NCBI GenBank assembly: GCA_963727455.1
Contig: CAVSGG010000008.1
Location: 224,001-288,000, forward strand
From: Candidatus Krumholzibacteriota bacterium
GTDB taxonomy: Bacteria; Krumholzibacteriota; Krumholzibacteriia; JAJRXK01
Direction of reading: 5' to 3'
Length of the DNA: 64,000 bases
Shown: in pieces, positions 21,014 through 30,858 of the stretch
Layout: the number at the start of each line of letters is the position of its first letter
How positions within the stretch are numbered: position 1 is the first letter of the stretch
The notes under the pieces: generated by a model
Told to the model about the DNA's origin: nothing
Databases searched by the model: none
What the model saw: only the letters and a program-made list of their open reading frames with translations
Translations under genes and position numbers: made by a program

Positions 21014-24000
21014 CTACTTCCCGCTGGGCTTGGACTTGTCGGGGAACGCCGGCTCGGGCGGGATCGCCCACTTACTCGGGTTCTCCTTCAGCTGTTTCTC
21101 GAGCAGATCGACGGCCGCCCGCAACTGGGTGTCTTTTCCCGAAACCACGTCGGCCGGCATGTTCTGCACCTCGATGTCCGGCACCACTCCGATTCCCTCG
21201 ATCAGCCACTTGCCCGAGAGCCCGTAGAGTCCGAACTGTGGCGGGGTGACCGTACCCCCGTCGACCACATCTTGATGCGGCTCGATTCCGATGGCGCCGC
21301 CCCATGTACGCATGCCCATGACGGGCGCTAGCTTGTCGAGCTGAATCGCTCGCGAGAAGAACTCGCCGTTACTCCCGGTGTCCTCGTTGATGAGCACGAC
21401 CATCGGGCCATAGAAAGTTCTCTCAGGATCCCGCGAGACTCCTCCTTCTCGCGGCGCGGTGATGCCCCAGAGTTTCCGTTCCAATCGATCGATGATCATG
21501 TCTCCCACGAAACCACCGGAGTTGTAGCGATCATCGATGATGAAGGCCTTCTTGTTAAACTGAGGGTACCAGTAACGTGCGAACTCGATGAGTCCGCTGG
21601 TCATCATGTCCGGGATATGGACATAGCCGATGGTCCCGTTCGACCACTCGTCCACTTTCGCGCGGTTGTTCTCCACCCATTCTCGATAGCGGATGGCCCA
21701 CTCGTTGCCGAGCGTCTTGACCCGCCAGGTCTTGGTATCGCTACCGTCGGGGTTGTGACTGTAGCCCAGAACGACCCACTTCCTAGCGCGATCCACCAGG
21801 TAGGAAAAGACGTTGTCCCCTGAACCGATCTCTTGGCCATCGATCGAGACCAGGTAGTCGCCCTCGCGGATGGGACAGCCCGGCTCGTTGAGGGGTGAAC
21901 GCTGGGATTCGTCCCAGCTCACTCCCGGGATGATGTGCGAAATCCGCGGGTGTTTCGCACCCTTCGGCGAGTCGAAGTCGCAACCCAGCATCCCCACCCC
22001 CACGCGATCTCCGTGATCTTCGCGATCACCGCCGTAGACGTAGGTATGACCGATGTTGAGTTCGGCGATCATCTCACCGATCAGATAGTTCAGATCGCCA
22101 CGGGTTCCGCAATACGGAACGAACTGGCCGTACTTCTCTCTCATAGCGTTCCAGTCGACTCCGTGCATGCCGGGGTCATAGAACCAGTCCCTTTCGATGC
22201 GCCATGCCTCATTGAAGATCTGCTGGTACTCCTGCCCGCGAACTACTTTCAAGCGCAGAGCGGAAAGGTCGACCACTCCATCACCCGACTTCGCTGGCTT
22301 GCCCGCGTCGACGACGCCGTAACGCGTGCCCGAACGGTAGACCATCTTCTTCCCGTCGGCCGAGAAGTGGTAATTCTGGATGCCGGGCATAAGCTCTTTG
22401 GTCTCCGCGTCCTTCAGATTGTAGCCGTAGAGATCGACACGGTCCGTGGTCTGGTCATCGATTCGCTGATACTTGAGGAACTCGAGCTCCGTCTTCTTCA
22501 GGTATACGAAGCCGTCCTTGGTGGCGGTGAGGCGGAAGTAATTGCCGCGCTCGACTCCCTTGGCCGCCAACACCCGGCCCTGGATGCCATCGAGGTCGAT
22601 GCGGATGGCCTTCATATCTTCGCTGGCGTCCTTCTTGGATTTCTTGTCGTTCTTCGCATCGACGGAATCCTTCGCGTCCTCCGCGGCATCGTCGTCACGG
22701 AAGGGGGACACCTGGTCGCTCCGCAGCAAAACCAAGTAAGGCCGCGTCATGTCCAAGAAGATGTGATTCTGGTCTTGGAAGCCCATGACGGGTTCGAAGG
22801 AACGGTTGGAGAGAAAGTAGAGATAGTTGCCCTCGGGGTCGAAGGAGGGACTCCAAGCCGTCGTCATCTCGTCGGTCAAGCGCGTGATCTTCTTGCTGTC
22901 CATGTTGTACAGGAAGATGATTTCGTTCATGTTCGCCTGTTGCTTGGTGTAGGCGATCCAGTGTCCGTTGGGAGAGAAAACGTAGTCCTGGATACCCCAA
23001 CGCTCCCAGGCATCGTCGTACCCCGAATGATCCACAACGGTCAGCTTTCCCGTTTCGGCGTCGACCAACACCAGGTCCAGGAACTTGTCGCTGTACAGCA
23101 GGTGGCGGCTGTCCGGCGACCAGATAGGCTGCAGCATGAAGCCCTTGCCGCGGTGGGTGAGCTGGTGTGGTTTCTCCTGCCCCTTGGCACCGGCGAGCCA
23201 GATCTCTTCCTCACCGGTTGCGTCGCTCACCCAGGCGACCTGCTTGCCGTCCGGGGACCAGATCGCGTTCTTCTCGCGGCTCGCCGAACCCGGTGAAATC
23301 ACAAAGGGGACCTCATCCGACTGTTCTACCGGAAATACCGCAATATCACCGCGGTCCTCCAACAAAAGGTGCTCGCCGTCGGGCGAGAGACCGAAAGAGC
23401 CGGTTCGTGGAGAAATCTCCATCCACTCGGGACGCATGCTCACACGATCGCTGGGGATCTGCACGTCCACCTTGCGCACCTTCTTGGTGGCGAGATCGAG
23501 CACGTGCAGGCTCTCCTTGTATTGGAAGATGATGCGCCCATCCCCCATCGAGGGGTACTTGACGTCATAGTCGTCGTATGAGGTGAGCTGCTCCACTGCG
23601 CCGCTAGTGGGGTCTTTGGAGAAGAGATTGAGGGTTCCCCCGAAACGATCGGAGGTGAAATAGACCTTACCCCCGTACCACATGGGATAATTGTCGGTTC
23701 CTTCCCAGTCTGTCAGAGCGGAAATCTTCCCGGTCGTGAAATCGGCGAGCCAGATTTCCTGCGCCTCGCCGCCCTTGTAGCGCTTCCAGGTTGCGTTCTC
23801 ACGACTGATGCGATTGTAGGCCAGCTTGGTCGCGTCCTGGTTGAGCGCGGCCAGGCCCCCGCGATCGATCGGGAGGCGCTGGGGCATGCCGCCGTCGACG
23901 CCGATGGAGTAGACCTCTTCAGCCCGGATGGGGTACTCGCGCCTGGAACGAAAGAGAATGCTCCTGCCGTCTGGATACCATTGCAGAACGCGGTCGTAAG

Positions 24001-24316
24001 GCGACGAGAAAGTCAGACGCTTCGGCACTCCGCCTTCGGAATTCATGAGATAGACGTTGGGTTCGCCATCGTAGCTGGCAGTGAAGGCGAGAGTCTTCCC
24101 GTCGGGACTGAAGTGCGCGTAAGCCTCCACGCCTGGATCAGTGGTGATGCGGTGCGCCAGGCCGCCCTCCTGCGGGACGAGCCAGAGGTCGTCTTCATAA
24201 GTGAAGACGATCCAATCTCCGTGAATGTTCGCGTAGCGCATGAGATGGCCTTCGTCCGCGGCCGCATTGAGTGAGGTGAGGGCCACCAGAACGGCGGCCA
24301 AAATCAGCTGTTTCAC
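21014..24316 (-). CDS. Tricorn protease homolog (S41 family), secreted
   Basis: Signal peptide, PD40 propeller repeats (FSPDG), IAELNIGHTY, PDZ region, IIDDRYNSGG, catalytic TGSNGE, MGMRTWGG. Confidence 0.93.
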   Translation of the reverse strand: MKQLILAAVLVALTSLNAAADEGHLMRYANIHGDWIVFTYEDDLWLVPQEGGLAHRITTDPGVEAYAHFSPDGKTLAFTASYDGEPNVYLMNSEGGVPKRLTFSSPYDRVLQWYPDGRSILFRSRREYPIRAEEVYSIGVDGGMPQRLPIDRGGLAALNQDATKLAYNRISRENATWKRYKGGEAQEIWLADFTTGKISALTDWEGTDNYPMWYGGKVYFTSDRFGGTLNLFSKDPTSGAVEQLTSYDDYDVKYPSMGDGRIIFQYKESLHVLDLATKKVRKVDVQIPSDRVSMRPEWMEISPRTGSFGLSPDGEHLLLEDRGDIAVFPVEQSDEVPFVISPGSASREKNAIWSPDGKQVAWVSDATGEEEIWLAGAKGQEKPHQLTHRGKGFMLQPIWSPDSRHLLYSDKFLDLVLVDAETGKLTVVDHSGYDDAWERWGIQDYVFSPNGHWIAYTKQQANMNEIIFLYNMDSKKITRLTDEMTTAWSPSFDPEGNYLYFLSNRSFEPVMGFQDQNHIFLDMTRPYLVLLRSDQVSPFRDDDAAEDAKDSVDAKNDKKSKKDASEDMKAIRIDLDGIQGRVLAAKGVERGNYFRLTATKDGFVYLKKTELEFLKYQRIDDQTTDRVDLYGYNLKDAETKELMPGIQNYHFSADGKKMVYRSGTRYGVVDAGKPAKSGDGVVDLSALRLKVVRGQEYQQIFNEAWRIERDWFYDPGMHGVDWNAMREKYGQFVPYCGTRGDLNYLIGEMIAELNIGHTYVYGGDREDHGDRVGVGMLGCDFDSPKGAKHPRISHIIPGVSWDESQRSPLNEPGCPIREGDYLVSIDGQEIGSGDNVFSYLVDRARKWVVLGYSHNPDGSDTKTWRVKTLGNEWAIRYREWVENNRAKVDEWSNGTIGYVHIPDMMTSGLIEFARYWYPQFNKKAFIIDDRYNSGGFVGDMIIDRLERKLWGITAPREGGVSRDPERTFYGPMVVLINEDTGSNGEFFSRAIQLDKLAPVMGMRTWGGAIGIEPHQDVVDGGTVTPPQFGLYGLSGKWLIEGIGVVPDIEVQNMPADVVSGKDTQLRAAVDLLEKQLKENPSKWAIPPEPAFPDKSKPSGK

Positions 24317-24543
24317 GATCGTCCTCCATCGATTCCGATGCTCTGAACCTTCGGGCAGAACCCAAAGAGGCTAATACACTCGAGCCCAAGAGCCTACGCA
24401 TTTTCCCAGCTAAAGGGTTCGGTCTGCCGCACATGGAATTTCCCGAACAGATTTGGTACATTCGAATGGCGGCAACTGGCCGCGTGTCCTACACCACATC
24501 GCGCTCGGATCGCCCCTTTTTTCCTTCATCCGGGAGCACGGTC

Positions 24544-25802
24544 ATGCCCGTTAAGACTCTGCGATTTTGCGTTCTCTGGGTCCTTTTGGGAGCGTTCCTG
24601 GGAGCTTGTGGGGATTCCACGGCGCCCACACTGCCGCCGAGTGATCATGCTTCCTTCGACGGCAGCTTCGATCTCACGAACGGCTCCTTCCTGCTCAGCC
24701 GCGTCCGGGAACCGTCAAGCCCATCGCTGAATGTCGACCTTCGCGGCTCGAAGATCCGTTTTGACCGCGCAAATTCCACGGTGAGCATCGATGTCGTGGT
24801 GGTAAACCGGAGCGGCCAGCCTCTGTATCCGCCGGCCATCATCTGGCTGGAGCGCTTCGTTCCTTCCGACGTGACGGTGGTGAATCCCGACATCATTCCT
24901 CCCTGGGTCGGCCCCATCGATCCGGGGATCTATGGCTTCGTCTACTCCAATTCTCTAGGCAGCGATGGGGTGCTGCTGCCGAACGAAACCTCGCAAGCAC
25001 GCACTTGGGTTATTCACGATCCAGGACTCTCGAGCTTCTCCTTCGCCGCGCGGGCAGCCTTCGCGCTCTCAGATACCACTTCGTCCATCTCAGGAACGGT
25101 GTTTCACGATTCGAATTATGACGGCATCCGTCAACGCAACGAAGGTCCACTGGAGGGCGCGCTCGTCCGCGGGCTCTCCCCCGGGGGCAGCCACTCGAAG
25201 CGGTTCCCGATGAGATGGGCTTTTACCGGCTCGTCGTAACGCAGCCGGGCCTGTACCAACTGCAGCTGGATAGTCTGCTGGACTGCGTGGCGAGCCTCAC
25301 CGACTGCCCAATGTGTTACACCACAGAACGTGTCCGGCAAATTTTCCTCTCCGTCGGTGAGGATGGAAGGCCGATATCCTTCGAGCATGCGGATTTCGGC
25401 GCCGTCCCCGGGCCCTGTCCGGGGGCCGTCCGACCCACGCAACTCACACGAGCCGATCCGGACTCGGTCCAGCCACAGGATTACTACCGGCTCCTGGATG
25501 CTACGATCGAGGGGAGGATCTTGAAGCTGCACCTCGGCTTCGGGGGCTGTTCGTCCGACCATGACTTCGCGCTCTTCGCGGGTCTGCCGTTCACCATGGA
25601 ATCCGGGGAAGCGAATACCTGGCTGCGTCTAGTCCACGACGATCACGGCGAGTTGTGCGATGCCTGGTTCGAGTGCTTCCTCAGTTTCGACTTACAGAAG
25701 GTGGAGGACGCTTACCAGCAGAGCCACAATGAACCGGGACCGGTGGTCCTGGAGCTGCAGGAACCGAATGGACAAATCACGAAGTTCCGCCTGGAGCCCT
25801 GA
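24544..25802 (+). CDS. Lipoprotein with SdrD-B-like and NigD-like segments, apparent frameshift near 25180
   Basis: Lipobox LGAC. ISGTVFHDSNYDGIRQRNEGPLEG is SdrD-B-like and continues as GFYRL...PGLYQL in ORF 25215-25802, ending with GGC..HDFAL...LVH....CDA. The break sits at a C5G5 run. Confidence 0.6.
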
Positions 25803-25823
25803 ACGGAGTTTGGGCCCAAATTG

Positions 25824-25853
25824 AGAAGGGCGCCCCGTGAGGAGCGCCCTTCT
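25824..25853. terminator. Probable bidirectional terminator
   Basis: AGAAGGGCGC...GCGCCCTTCT perfect 10-bp inverted repeat between convergent genes. Confidence 0.65.
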
Positions 25854-25877
25854 TTGAAATGGGAAACTCGCCAGGAT

Positions 25878-28800
25878 CTACTCGATGTCTCCGATATAGG
25901 AGCGGTAGGTCTCCACGTCGCGACCCACCAGAATGTGCTGCTTCTTGTCCCGGTAGAGGACGATGAGCTGCTTGTCAGGGAACTTGCCGAGAACTTGAGT
26001 GTCCAGGCTAAAGGTGTCGGAGTCGATCGCCCTCTCGTACAAGAGGTGCCCACCGGTATCGTAGATCCGCAAGGTACTTCCCGGATCGAGTTCACTGAAC
26101 TCCACCTGGTACCCCGACACAGAGATCGTTCCCACGCGGGCAATGTTGGCCAGATCGGAGCCCGTCGGCGCAATGCCCGCCCCACCCTGCACGTCGAAAT
26201 TCATCGGCTGCAGCGTGCCGCAGTTCTCCGCGTCTCCCAACGGCGCGCCCGACTGCGAAATGATCCCGTCGTCAAAACTCAGGGAGAGGCTGGCCGGCTC
26301 GGAGATGGCCGCATCGAGAACCAGGCGGAGACGCGTGTCGCTCACCCATTGCTGGGACAGTCCGAGCGTCTTGGCCTGGATCTGCGATCCCGAGGCTTGG
26401 AGCACGAAGCTGCTGGGATGCACGCTGCTCCTCAACACGGGCTCGTCGAATTCGAGTTCGATCTCGGAGATGCTCTGAGCGGAACTCCCCGCAGTCGGCG
26501 TGGTGGAGATGATGTGCAGACAGCCGGAGGGGGTCAGATTCGGATCGAGCTGGAAGGTGAGCGCGGGCTGGGGATCACAGTTGTCACCCAATCCCAGGGG
26601 TGCCCCCGTGCTGCTCTTCAGGTTCGGATCGAGCGAAAGCGTGAAGGTGCCCACTTCGTCCGGAGGACTCGCGGTCGTCACCTTCAGCTCGCTTGGCGAA
26701 ACCGCAGAGAGGCTGACCGGATAGTCGACCGATCCCCCGGCAGCGGGCGCGAAGCTGAGCGTGAACCCCGAAGGATCCATGCTCGCCGTGTCGACGACTT
26801 GATCCAAGCGCAGGATCACGCTCGTGAAACTCGCGATCTGGGCCCCGTCCACCGGCTCGCTCTGATACATCGTCATGCAACTGCTGTTGGTGCTTGCCGG
26901 AGCGACCTCCACGCTGATTTCAGCGGGAGTCGGTGTCCAGTTCGCCGCCATGTCCAGGCCCTCCACCCGGAGGGTATGTGTCTCTCCAGCGGCCCAATTG
27001 GTGGCATCGACGGTGTAGTAGAGTAAGGCGACGTCTTCGGTGAGACCAGGAGGATGCTGGAGCTCGACGACCTCCCCTTGCCAGGTTTCTTGGGAATCGT
27101 AGGACAGCCTCGCGTTGGTCACGGCTGCGTGTCCCGTCGTGGCGTCGCTGATGAGCAATTGGATCGTCGCGGTGGTACCCTCCTCCACGGTCAAACTGCC
27201 AAATCCTTGATGCACGACCGCGGGGCCGGCCGAGTCTTCGGCGATGTTGCTCACCACGGAGACGTTTCCCGCGGCGTCAGTCGTGCGTATGGCCACGCGC
27301 AACGCGCCGTTGCTGGCGTCGATCGTCCCCAAATTCACCGTCTGCACGTTGCCGGGGAGTTCGGGGGCCGGGGGATTGGCGACCACCGTCGCGGTATTCC
27401 AATCAAAATTCTCCGAAGGATCCGCCGTGGCATAACGAATCTCGACCTCCGACGGCATGCCGCTGGGTCCCTGATCCGCCGGAGCAGACCATTGCAGTAC
27501 GGCGCTGCCGTCATCGGCGTCGAAGTTCAGTTCGAGATCGTCGACCGCGTCCGGTGCCACCTCGTCGGGTCCCGCGCTACTGGCGACTATGAGCGTGAAG
27601 GTGGCGGGATCCCCGCAGGAACCGTCGCCGTTCCCGTCGAGGAAATGGCCCGCTTGGCTGCTGAGATTTCCGCTCACCGTGAAGGTTAGGGTTTCCCCGT
27701 TCTGAGGCACCGGGTTCAAGCTGAGACTAACCACCGTCGAACTCAGCTGGGAATCGACCGTGAAGGATCCTGAAGCGCTGCCTTGGGCGGCGATAGCACC
27801 CTGCAGAGAAGTCGGATCGAGAGACTCGGAGAAGAGGAGAAGGACGCCGTTGGAAGACGGGTCATAGCTCTCCCCTTCGTCAGGGGTGGTGCTAAGCAAG
27901 CTGAGACAGCCATCATTCGAGCCGCCTTGCGAGTTCAGGTACTGCAGGTAGGCACCGCCATTTCTCGCGGCCACTGCCTGGTTCTTCATGTTGGAGTAGG
28001 TGATACCACTGCCGTCAAACCAGGGGTTCTTGGTCGCGGTGGCCCAGTCGGTGTCCACGTGCGTCAACATGGCAGGATCACCGGTCAGCCAATAGGCATA
28101 GCTCAGTCCTTCGTCGACTCGTAGATTGAGCCCGGCATCGGCAACGGCCGTAACTCCCCCGTGATAATCCCACGAATAGGCCCAACGCGACGAATCGGGG
28201 ACCCAACAGTAAGTCTGCAGCCAGTTGCCGTAGTCATGGAGAGACTGCACGCCCTGTGCGTCGGGGGTGCCCAGCTGCCGTTCCCGTTCCTCGAGGAACT
28301 CTCCGAGATTCCCCATGAGCATTCCCAACTGCCAGACCGAGACTTGGCTCTGCCAGGGTGGATCGAAAGTAGTGTCGTCGCACTGATCCGGGCCGTTGAT
28401 CCAGCAGCGGTCGGCCGCATTGGTACGCCGCATCACGTCCAAGCATGCGTCGAGGTACTTTTGTTCTCCCGTGGCGCGCCATGCCTCGAGCGAGATGTTG
28501 AGGAACCAGGCCGAAGCGCGAATCTCGCCGTCGGTCCTGACCTCACTATAGCCGCCGCTGTTGGGATCGTTGGCCAGGCGCCAGGCCGTATTGTCTGCCA
28601 CTTCGACCGCCGAGTCGTAAACGACGGGATCGCCGGTGAGATAGTAATAATAGAACATACCCTGAGCGTTGTAATGCCCGGGCTGAGGATAATCGGTGCG
28701 GTGCTTGTGCGAGCCGGTGCGATCGTGGGTAAAGAACCCGCCGTTGCGCCAACCGAGGTCCCCCTGGGTGTGATAGACGTCGATATCGGCCAAATGGCGC

Positions 28801-30407
28801 GCCGCCGGCTCGATGAAGGTCCACCAGTCGAAATTCCCGGAGCGCACCATCTGCAAGACCATCCCGTAGGAATAGTCGTTCTCACAATTGGCCCGATCGC
28901 CCTGATGTTCGTACTCGGCCCAGAAGTCGCCGTAGTCCCACCAACCGTAGACGTCGTCATAGGCTAAGTTTCCCGCGGCGGAAGCTTCTGGACGGTCTGC
29001 CGTAAAACCTATGCCACCGTAGAGACCGGCCCGCTCGAAGAGTTCATAGTCGGGCGAGGGAGATTCGGAGACGGGCACGGTCCGCCGGAAACAGCCAGTG
29101 CCCAGATAGTACTCGGGCGGCGCCAGTGCGATCATGGGATTCAGAGCCGAGAGCATGCGAGCCTGGGTATTCGCTCCGCCGTCGCTGAAGAAGTCGACGC
29201 GAATCCGATGCGTCTTCTGCTCACCACCACGCATCGAGTGATCGCCGCTCTGAAATTCGCTGAAGAACTCCGCTTTGACGGTTCCGTCGGCCTGGGCGAC
29301 CAGACCGTTGGGGTAGTTTTGCCAAAACTCGTCGATTCCGAAGGCCACGCCGTTCTGTCCATTGCGAACTTCCATCCAGCCCTCGGCTTGATCGCCGCTC
29401 CCCACTTGGGTTTCGTTCTGCGAATCCCCGGCGTAGAAACGCCAGCCGCGGTAAGTGTTTTTCTTCAGGTCGGTCCACTTGTTCCAGCTATCGAGTCCGC
29501 TGCTGTCCTGGTGGATGTAGCCCCTCTGTCCGCTGCTCAAGGACACCGACATCGGAGCGCTACCATCGTCCGCTCCCACCTTCAACGAGCCGTTGCTGAA
29601 GGGCGTGGCGAGCTCGATTCGCGCGTCTTCGAACGCGACCGATCCATCGCCGCGATAGTCGATTGCTCCTGGCCGCCAGTTGTGAAGAGTCTGCTGAATG
29701 CGCAACTCGGCGCTGCCCAGAGTAGCGGTGATACGCGTGACGTAGTTCAGAATCTGGCTGCTGGAGCTTTCGCTCTGCAACTTGCCCTTGAAAAGCAGGG
29801 TCACGCTCTGTGGACCCTGGTGCTCGATCTGGGCAACCGTCGGCGCGGCAGTGGCCGCGGTGTAGCGCTCACCATCACTGCCGTCCACTACGAGTCCGGC
29901 GGACTGTCCGGGGCGCAGTACCTCCAGGTCGTAACTGCCGTCACCGTCGCTGTCGATGGATGCCGTCTCGAGAATGTGGAAGTTGGTCTTGTCGACGGTG
30001 AACCGCAGCACTCCCGTTTCCACGGTGATGGTGGTGCCGTCGTCCGTGGCGACGAGTGCGCTCGTACCATTTGCATTGCCGTTGTCACTCAGTTGGTAGA
30101 CGCTGGTTCCGCGGGCGGGAACGTCGACTGGAAGCGTCAACAAAACCCATCGCGGTGAACCGTCCCACCACTTGGCGAGCGTTCGCGCTTGCAGAGCGTT
30201 GACCGGTCCGTTGGGACCAGAGATGCCGAGCTGATCGGGAGAAGAGATCGCGCCCTGCGCGAATGGAACCCCGACCTGAAGGGTGGCGCCTTCGCGCGGA
30301 ACCGCGAGCTCGTTGCGAACGGTCAAAGGAACCGCCAATGCGAAGGCGGAGGAGGGGAAGGCCATGAATAGGAATACGATCAGCCAACGCCGCAAGCTCG
30401 ATTTCAT
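25878..30407 (-). CDS. 1509-aa secreted protein: PcRGLX/YetA-like (exo-rhamnogalacturonan lyase-like) module, Big_5-like Ig repeats, FN3-like domain
   Basis: Signal peptide; GVPFAQG...LQARTLAKWWDGSPRWVLL N-terminus; WQNYPNGL; YGWWDYGD; ARHLADIDVYH; YYYLTGDP. Three Ig-like repeats, a PDAVDDL...LQWSAPADQG FN3-like domain and a short tail. Confidence 0.7.
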   Translation of the reverse strand: MKSSLRRWLIVFLFMAFPSSAFALAVPLTVRNELAVPREGATLQVGVPFAQGAISSPDQLGISGPNGPVNALQARTLAKWWDGSPRWVLLTLPVDVPARGTSVYQLSDNGNANGTSALVATDDGTTITVETGVLRFTVDKTNFHILETASIDSDGDGSYDLEVLRPGQSAGLVVDGSDGERYTAATAAPTVAQIEHQGPQSVTLLFKGKLQSESSSSQILNYVTRITATLGSAELRIQQTLHNWRPGAIDYRGDGSVAFEDARIELATPFSNGSLKVGADDGSAPMSVSLSSGQRGYIHQDSSGLDSWNKWTDLKKNTYRGWRFYAGDSQNETQVGSGDQAEGWMEVRNGQNGVAFGIDEFWQNYPNGLVAQADGTVKAEFFSEFQSGDHSMRGGEQKTHRIRVDFFSDGGANTQARMLSALNPMIALAPPEYYLGTGCFRRTVPVSESPSPDYELFERAGLYGGIGFTADRPEASAAGNLAYDDVYGWWDYGDFWAEYEHQGDRANCENDYSYGMVLQMVRSGNFDWWTFIEPAARHLADIDVYHTQGDLGWRNGGFFTHDRTGSHKHRTDYPQPGHYNAQGMFYYYYLTGDPVVYDSAVEVADNTAWRLANDPNSGGYSEVRTDGEIRASAWFLNISLEAWRATGEQKYLDACLDVMRRTNAADRCWINGPDQCDDTTFDPPWQSQVSVWQLGMLMGNLGEFLEERERQLGTPDAQGVQSLHDYGNWLQTYCWVPDSSRWAYSWDYHGGVTAVADAGLNLRVDEGLSYAYWLTGDPAMLTHVDTDWATATKNPWFDGSGITYSNMKNQAVAARNGGAYLQYLNSQGGSNDGCLSLLSTTPDEGESYDPSSNGVLLLFSESLDPTSLQGAIAAQGSASGSFTVDSQLSSTVVSLSLNPVPQNGETLTFTVSGNLSSQAGHFLDGNGDGSCGDPATFTLIVASSAGPDEVAPDAVDDLELNFDADDGSAVLQWSAPADQGPSGMPSEVEIRYATADPSENFDWNTATVVANPPAPELPGNVQTVNLGTIDASNGALRVAIRTTDAAGNVSVVSNIAEDSAGPAVVHQGFGSLTVEEGTTATIQLLISDATTGHAAVTNARLSYDSQETWQGEVVELQHPPGLTEDVALLYYTVDATNWAAGETHTLRVEGLDMAANWTPTPAEISVEVAPASTNSSCMTMYQSEPVDGAQIASFTSVILRLDQVVDTASMDPSGFTLSFAPAAGGSVDYPVSLSAVSPSELKVTTASPPDEVGTFTLSLDPNLKSSTGAPLGLGDNCDPQPALTFQLDPNLTPSGCLHIISTTPTAGSSAQSISEIELEFDEPVLRSSVHPSSFVLQASGSQIQAKTLGLSQQWVSDTRLRLVLDAAISEPASLSLSFDDGIISQSGAPLGDAENCGTLQPMNFDVQGGAGIAPTGSDLANIARVGTISVSGYQVEFSELDPGSTLRIYDTGGHLLYERAIDSDTFSLDTQVLGKFPDKQLIVLYRDKKQHILVGRDVETYRSYIGDIE

Positions 30408-30597
30408 AAAGTACCTTCGCAGTCTGGTGTCATTCTCTGATGCTCGATTCGTTCATCGAGAGCCGTGCGCGGCACGGTCGCCGGTATGGTGAAAGCGGAG
30501 GAACGATGAGAAGCTTTCGCAGACCAAAGCCGACGATTCCACTCGATGGTTCCCCCTGAGGAAGGGTTGGAACTCGGCAGCGGATATCTGCGCAGGG

Positions 30598-30614
30598 AGC
30601 ACGCAATATGCCAG
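30598..30614 (-). promoter_or_regulatory. Putative sigma54 (-24/-12) promoter
   Basis: Minus strand CTGGCATATTGCGTGCT: TGGCA and GG-N10-GC in the 450-bp gap upstream of the 1509-aa gene. Confidence 0.45.
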
Positions 30615-30858
30615 CCTGTCTACGAGTGTGAATGTCATACCTGGGTGCAGTGGGGCGAGCCATATGAGAAACGGAAAGTAAGCAACAACCGCATGCAGAA
30701 TCCAGAGCAATCTGCTTCATTTCCTCCGTGGGTGAATGCTCAGCTCAGCGAGAAGTTCCCATCCTCGCAGGATGCGCGCAAGAAGATGGTTCGTGAGCTG
30801 ATTTTCAAGTTCCGCAGCGAAGCGCCCCCAAGAAGTCCGTGCGAAGACTTCACCCTTC

